Source: a virus (Duplodnaviria; Caudoviricetes). Taken from it: a DNA stretch of 47,186 nt. The stretch lies in IMG/VR virus record IMGVR_UViG_3300011338_000292, positions 1-47,186 of that record. The stretch is one strand, 5' to 3'. The translations under genes and the position numbers were made by a program. Of this stretch, positions 42,616 to 47,186 are shown piece by piece (position 1 is the stretch's first letter; every line of letters begins with the position of its first letter). The notes beneath the pieces are model-generated. The model did not search any database and was not told where the DNA came from. It was given only the letters and a program-made list of their open reading frames with translations.

Positions 42616-45044
42616 CAATAGGCAAAAGCCGAAAAGAACTCAACTGGCGTAATACAGAAATGACGTGGGAGCAGCTTGTAACCAAGCTCTCTACCACGCA
42701 TCGCACGCATGAAACGTTCAAGGAATACATGAACGCCAAAAAGGCGCGGCAAGACGAAATCAAGGACATAGGTGGTTTCGTAGGTGGACTGCTGACTGGT
42801 GGCCGTCGCAAGAGTGGCAGCGTGGCGCATCGCCAGTTGGTCACGCTCGACATCGACTTCGCTACACCCGACCTATGGCTGACGTTCACCCTGCTGTATG
42901 ACTGCGCTGCGCTCATTTACAGCACGCACAAGCACACTGAGGCATCACCTAGGCTGCGGCTGGTGCTGCCCCTAGACAGACCTGTGATGTGCGACGAATA
43001 CGAGGCTATCTGCCGCCGTATCGCAGGCGACCTTGGCATAGAGCAGTTCGACCACACTACCTACCAGCCTTACCGCCTTATGTACTGGCCATCAACGTCT
43101 AAGGATGGTGATTGGTTGTCCGAGGTGCAGGGAGGGGAGTGGCTGTGCGCCGACAAAGTACTGGCTACCTACAGCGATTGGACTGACAGCTCACAGTGGC
43201 CCATGTCGGATGCCGAGCAAGACATTGTGGTACGCAGTATTAAGAAGCAGGGCGACCCTGAAGAAAAGGCAGGTGTTGTCGGGGCTTGGTGTCGTACCTA
43301 CGACATACCTGGTGTTATTGATGCCTACATGTCTGATATATACGAGCCGTGTGACATGGCTAACCGTTTCTCCTACAAGGAGGGGTCAACGACTGGAGGA
43401 CTGGTTGTGTACGAAGATAAGTGGGTATACAGCCATCACGGTACTGATCCTGTGAGTGGGAAGCTATGTAATTCCTTCGATTTGGTACGGTTGCATAGGT
43501 TCGGTCATCTTGATGACAAAACGCCGCCTGGTGCGCCTATAAATCGCATACCGTCTTACAACGCTATGGTGGAATTCGCAACCAAGGACGTTGCCGTTAA
43601 GAAGCAGCTAGGCATGGAACGATTACAGGGTGCGCTTGATGATTTCAAAGATGTAGAGGGCACAGGAGGACTGGAGAACGCAGACGTGTCCGATACTGTG
43701 GAGGATGATACTTGGCTGGAGGAACTAGACATTGATGCCAAGGGGCAATACAAGAGCACTATCGAGAACATAAGGCTTATATTACAGCACGATCCTAGAC
43801 TGAAGGGGTCGTTGTCGCTTGACTTGTTTGAGCACCGAGAGGTGGCTTTGAAGCGGCTACCTTGGTGGGGGCCTCACCAGAAAGCAGGTGATTTCTTGAC
43901 TGACGCAGACGATAGCGGTATTCGGGCCTTCTTGGAGAAGCATTACGGTATTAGCAGCGCGCCAAAGATTCAGGATGCGCTGAACGTCATGCTGTTGCAG
44001 AATTCTGTCCATCCTGTCAAGCAGTACTTGGACAGGTGCCACAAGGAGTGGGATGGCAGGCAGCGACTAGAAAGCCTGTTAATTGACTTCCAAGGGGCTG
44101 CTGACACTCACTATACCAGAGAGGTTACACGTAAGACGTTTACGGCTGCTGTGGCGCGTATATTTAATCCTGGTTGCAAGTTTGACTATGTGCTGACGTT
44201 AGTGGGGGAGGAAGGTACTGGCAAGAGCACGTTGGTGCGCAGGATGGGCCAAAAATGGTTTAGCGATTCACTGGATAAGATGGTTGGCAAGGAGGCTTAT
44301 GAGCAGTTGCAAGGTGTGTGGGTGGTAGAGTTGGCTGAGATGTCTGCAATGAATCGTTCTGAGGTGGAATCTGTTAAGTTATTCGTTGCCAAGCAGGTAG
44401 ATAGGTACAGAGTAGCTTTCGGTCGTAGAACGGCAGATTTTCCACGCCAGTGTATATTTCTGGCATCAACCAACAGGGATAAGCCGCTAAGAGAAGCAGC
44501 AGGTAACAGAAGGTTCTGGGCAGTGGACATACATGTAACAGAACCTAAATACGATATGTCCAAACTGACTGACGAATTAATATTGCAGTTGTGGGGCGAA
44601 GCAGTGTATTATTACCAAGCAGGGGAGCCGTTGTACTTAGATAAGGCAACAGAGATAGAAGCTAGAGAGATACAATTAGAGCACACAGAGAGTGACGACA
44701 GGACAGGACTTGTGGAGCAGTATTTGGAAACTTTACTGCCTGAAAATTGGGAGGAAAAAGACTTATTTGCTAGGCGGGCATGGCTGGCAGGTCAACACAA
44801 TCCAGAGGCTATAGAAGTAGTTGGAACAGAGCCAAGAACTAAGGTGTGTGCCATCGAAATTTGGTGCGAAATTATGGGTGGAAAAGTTGAACATTTTACC
44901 CGTAAAGATGCAAACGATATTCATGCCATTATGAGGCACATAAAAGGGTGGACAAAGCACGAAAAGGGCAAGTGTAGATTTTCTTATTACGGAATTCAAA
45001 GAGCCTACGTTCCTGTGCCGAGAGATGTATCGGCAACACTATGA
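42603..45044 (+). CDS. Primase-like N-terminus + VirE/VapE P-loop ATPase (primase-helicase)
   Basis: KDIGGFVGG, VTLDIDF, YSTHKH, RLMYWPS; Walker A GEEGTGKS, WVVELAE, GNRRFW. Confidence 0.9.
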   Translation: MLDIAIGKSRKELNWRNTEMTWEQLVTKLSTTHRTHETFKEYMNAKKARQDEIKDIGGFVGGLLTGGRRKSGSVAHRQLVTLDIDFATPDLWLTFTLLYDCAALIYSTHKHTEASPRLRLVLPLDRPVMCDEYEAICRRIAGDLGIEQFDHTTYQPYRLMYWPSTSKDGDWLSEVQGGEWLCADKVLATYSDWTDSSQWPMSDAEQDIVVRSIKKQGDPEEKAGVVGAWCRTYDIPGVIDAYMSDIYEPCDMANRFSYKEGSTTGGLVVYEDKWVYSHHGTDPVSGKLCNSFDLVRLHRFGHLDDKTPPGAPINRIPSYNAMVEFATKDVAVKKQLGMERLQGALDDFKDVEGTGGLENADVSDTVEDDTWLEELDIDAKGQYKSTIENIRLILQHDPRLKGSLSLDLFEHREVALKRLPWWGPHQKAGDFLTDADDSGIRAFLEKHYGISSAPKIQDALNVMLLQNSVHPVKQYLDRCHKEWDGRQRLESLLIDFQGAADTHYTREVTRKTFTAAVARIFNPGCKFDYVLTLVGEEGTGKSTLVRRMGQKWFSDSLDKMVGKEAYEQLQGVWVVELAEMSAMNRSEVESVKLFVAKQVDRYRVAFGRRTADFPRQCIFLASTNRDKPLREAAGNRRFWAVDIHVTEPKYDMSKLTDELILQLWGEAVYYYQAGEPLYLDKATEIEAREIQLEHTESDDRTGLVEQYLETLLPENWEEKDLFARRAWLAGQHNPEAIEVVGTEPRTKVCAIEIWCEIMGGKVEHFTRKDANDIHAIMRHIKGWTKHEKGKCRFSYYGIQRAYVPVPRDVSATL

Positions 45045-45266
45045 ATGTTGCCGAGAGCGATATAGATAAAATCTATGGGAAACACCTAAACGCAAGCCAG
45101 TACTGCATTTCAGTAGTTGTTGCCTATAGTATAGTATATTATATAGAGTATATTGAATTAGGGAGAAATAGAGAATATTAGGCAAATTGCGAACAGATAA
45201 TTTTCTCTAATCGCCCTAAACGCTATCCCTGCATAAAAAACCAATTTTATCGGCAACTCGGCAACA
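45030..45266. repeat. Iteron-like T(C/A)GGCAAC repeats around an AT-rich tract; candidate replication origin
   Basis: TCGGCAACA 45030-45038; inverted copies 45046-45054 and 45118-45126; TAGGCAAAT 45179-45187; TCGGCAAC 45250-45257 and 45258-45266. Confidence 0.65.
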
Positions 45267-45327
45267 AATCTCCAGAATTGGTATGACATGGTAGAAAAGT
45301 ATAATAACTAACTTGAAATAATTAATA

Positions 45328-45621
45328 GTGAAATCAAGCACCGAAAAACTAACAGAAAAGTACCTTTTTCAACAGGTAAAAAAAGCAGGTGGGCAGTGTG
45401 TCAAAATGACCTCACCAGGGTGGCCAGATAGGCTGGTTATTTTACCTCAAAATTCCATGTTTTTTGCCGAGGTAAAAGACACCAAAATAACACTTCGCCC
45501 GACACAGAAAATTGTGTTTCCTGTGATAGAAAAATTAGGCGTAAAACTTTACATCGTAACCACTAAAGAACAAGTTGACCAATGTATTTTAAACCACACG
45601 ATTACCAGAACACAGCTATAA
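45328..45621 (+). CDS. VRR-NUC domain nuclease
   Basis: EKLTEKYL, PGWPDRLV, FAEVK, LRPTQ. Confidence 0.85.
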   Translation: MKSSTEKLTEKYLFQQVKKAGGQCVKMTSPGWPDRLVILPQNSMFFAEVKDTKITLRPTQKIVFPVIEKLGVKLYIVTTKEQVDQCILNHTITRTQL

Positions 45622-46967
45622 ACTTTATATTGGATAACCCTGTGTATTGTGAAGATGATAAGGGCCTCGGTGCCATCATGGAAATGGGCCTTGGTAAGAC
45701 AGTCTGTGTGCTTACTGCTTTCAACGAATTGAAGTATGACAGGTACGAGGTAAACAAGATGTTGGTCATTGCGCCACTGCGAGTTGCCGAAGATACTTGG
45801 ATTAAGGAGGCAGACAAATGGGATCACACTAAGCACCTGAGAGTAAGCAGGGTATTAGGCACAGAGCGACAACGCCTGCTGGCATTGAAGCAGGAAGCCG
45901 ACATCTACGTTATCAACAGAGAGAACGTACTTTGGCTAGTAGGGCAGTACAGTGGCAAGAAGATGCCATTCGACATGCTGGTGGTAGATGAGCTGTCTAG
46001 CTTTAAGAGCCCCAAATCTAACAGGTTTAAAGCATTGAAGCCTGTATTACCCCTGTTCAAACGAATTGTAGGGCTTACAGGCACGATAATGCCTAATGGT
46101 ATGCCCGACCTATGGGCGCAGATATATCTGTTAGACAAGGGCAAAAGACTAGGCAAGACGATAACTTCTTACCGTGACACCTACCTGAAACCTGACAAAC
46201 GCAACGGTATGACCGTGTTCAGCTATAAACTGAAGGTTGAAGCAGACGTTGTGTTTGATAAGATTAAAGATATTTGTATGTCGATGAAGGTGTCTGACTA
46301 CCTGACGATGCCTCCATACATTGAAACGGTGGTAGACTGCGACATGGGCGACATGCTTCAGCAATACAAGAGCTTTGAGAAAGATTTGATTATTAACCTG
46401 CCAGATGGTGACCAAGTCACAGCGTTGACCGCAGCAGCACTTAATGGGAAGCTGAGGCAATTCGCCAACGGGGCGATATACAAACCAGACAAGACATACG
46501 AAGTTATACACGACTGCAAGCTAGACAGGATAGTAGAGGATATAGAATTCTTAGAAGGCAAGCCAGTGTTGCTGTTCTATCAATTCAAGCACGACTTGGA
46601 ACGGCTACTGGTAGCATTGAAACGTTACCACCCTAGAAAACTAATAGGTTCTTCCGACATAAATGACTGGAACGAAAAAAAGATTCCTATCTTATTGGCG
46701 CACCCATTAAGTGCAGCACACGGACTTAATTTGCAAGCAGGAGGAAACAACATGATGTGGTTCGGTTTGGATTATAACCTAGAATTACGTATGCAAGCAC
46801 TAGCAAGGATTATGAGGCAGGGGCAACAGAACACAGTTTTTAACAGAGATTACCTATCCAAAGGAACTATTGACTACAACATCAAAGATGTGTTGGAAGG
46901 TAAGAAAGAGCCGCAAGAAGCCTTGATGCAATACATAAAAGCTAAGAAAAAAGAATATGGTTTGTAA
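45582..46967 (+). CDS. SNF2-family helicase
   Basis: PHDYQ, MEMGLGKT, VVDELS, GLTGT, HGLNLQ, QALARIMRQGQ. Confidence 0.92.
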   Translation: MYFKPHDYQNTAINFILDNPVYCEDDKGLGAIMEMGLGKTVCVLTAFNELKYDRYEVNKMLVIAPLRVAEDTWIKEADKWDHTKHLRVSRVLGTERQRLLALKQEADIYVINRENVLWLVGQYSGKKMPFDMLVVDELSSFKSPKSNRFKALKPVLPLFKRIVGLTGTIMPNGMPDLWAQIYLLDKGKRLGKTITSYRDTYLKPDKRNGMTVFSYKLKVEADVVFDKIKDICMSMKVSDYLTMPPYIETVVDCDMGDMLQQYKSFEKDLIINLPDGDQVTALTAAALNGKLRQFANGAIYKPDKTYEVIHDCKLDRIVEDIEFLEGKPVLLFYQFKHDLERLLVALKRYHPRKLIGSSDINDWNEKKIPILLAHPLSAAHGLNLQAGGNNMMWFGLDYNLELRMQALARIMRQGQQNTVFNRDYLSKGTIDYNIKDVLEGKKEPQEALMQYIKAKKKEYGL

Positions 46968-46974
46968 AAAGCTG

Positions 46975-47041
46975 AAAAACTTTGGTAATTTTTGGTTCTT
47001 CTTAGACCAAAAAACTTTGGTAATTTTTGGTTCTTCTTAGA
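46975..47041 (+). repeat. Two perfect 32-bp direct repeats (AAAAACTTTGGTAATTTTTGGTTCTTCTTAGA), period 35
   Basis: Copies at 46975-47006 and 47010-47041. Confidence 0.9.
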
Positions 47042-47136
47042 GGTTTTTCTAAAAATCGCCTCTGGGTGTCAAAATTAACAAATCGTTAACATTTTTTTTA
47101 ACAAATGGAAAAAAGTGTAATATGTTGGTATTTTGT

Positions 47137-47186
47137 GCCCTCAGGCCCTAACAGTAGCACTCAGGCCCTAACATTAGCCCTCAGGC
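47137..47186 (+). repeat. 20-bp tandem repeat TCAGGCCCTAACA(G/T)TAGC(A/C)C running off the window end
   Basis: Units begin at 47141, 47161 and 47181. Confidence 0.9.

Larger units (their letters stand above)
1..47186. mobile_element. Near-complete tailed phage genome (lambda-like head, Mu-like contractile tail), probable Bacteroidota host
   Basis: Terminase, portal, capsid, sheath/baseplate, lysis and replication modules are all present. No host housekeeping genes. Promoters are of the Bacteroidota type. Confidence 0.93.

Noticed and set aside
47146-47171. Telomere-like CCCTAA hexamers
   Set aside because: Only two isolated copies embedded in a 20-bp unit; not a (CCCTAA)n tract.
46975-47186. 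Possible CRISPR mini-array
   Set aside because: The 32-bp repeats are separated by only 3 bp and the 20-bp units are contiguous, so there are no unique spacers. The only Cas-like gene is a DUF2800 in a replication context.
1-47186. Stop-codon reassignment as in some Bacteroidota phages
   Set aside because: Genes are full length in the standard code, and TAA, TAG and TGA all terminate well-supported ORFs.

Overview
This 47.2 kb window reads as a near-complete tailed dsDNA phage genome. It starts just upstream of the small terminase gene and ends inside tandem repeats after a SNF2 helicase. A Bacteroidota host is inferred from TTTG-N19-20-TAnnTTTG promoters, AT-rich leaders without Shine-Dalgarno sequences, Q-rule signal peptides and a u-spanin. 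The head module is lambda-like (Nu1/GpA terminase, portal, S49 protease with nested scaffold, gpD, gpE). The contractile tail is Mu-like (sheath, tube, frameshifted chaperone, tape measure, gp44/45/46/47/48/N-like proteins), and the two modules are in an unusual interleaved order. A lysis cassette (holin-like, u-spanin, CHAP endolysin) and a replication arm (Cas4-like DUF2800, DUF2815 SSB, PolA, two DNA methyltransferases, primase/VirE, VRR-NUC, SNF2) follow. No integrase, CRISPR array or reverse transcriptase was seen. The strongest signal is that three genes in the virion operon encode 19-aa Sec signal peptides followed by Gln. One of them, a 912-aa fibre-like protein, is packed with Bacteroidota O-glycosylation sequons (22 of 50 Asp by hand count), suggesting virion-module proteins that are exported and glycosylated by the host. 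Other notable items are two anticodon-less tRNA-like elements in front of nucleotide-processing enzymes, an out-of-frame gene nested in the C5 methyltransferase, a recurrent palindromic operator and an iteron-like origin. All product calls come from motif recognition and synteny by eye; no searches were run.
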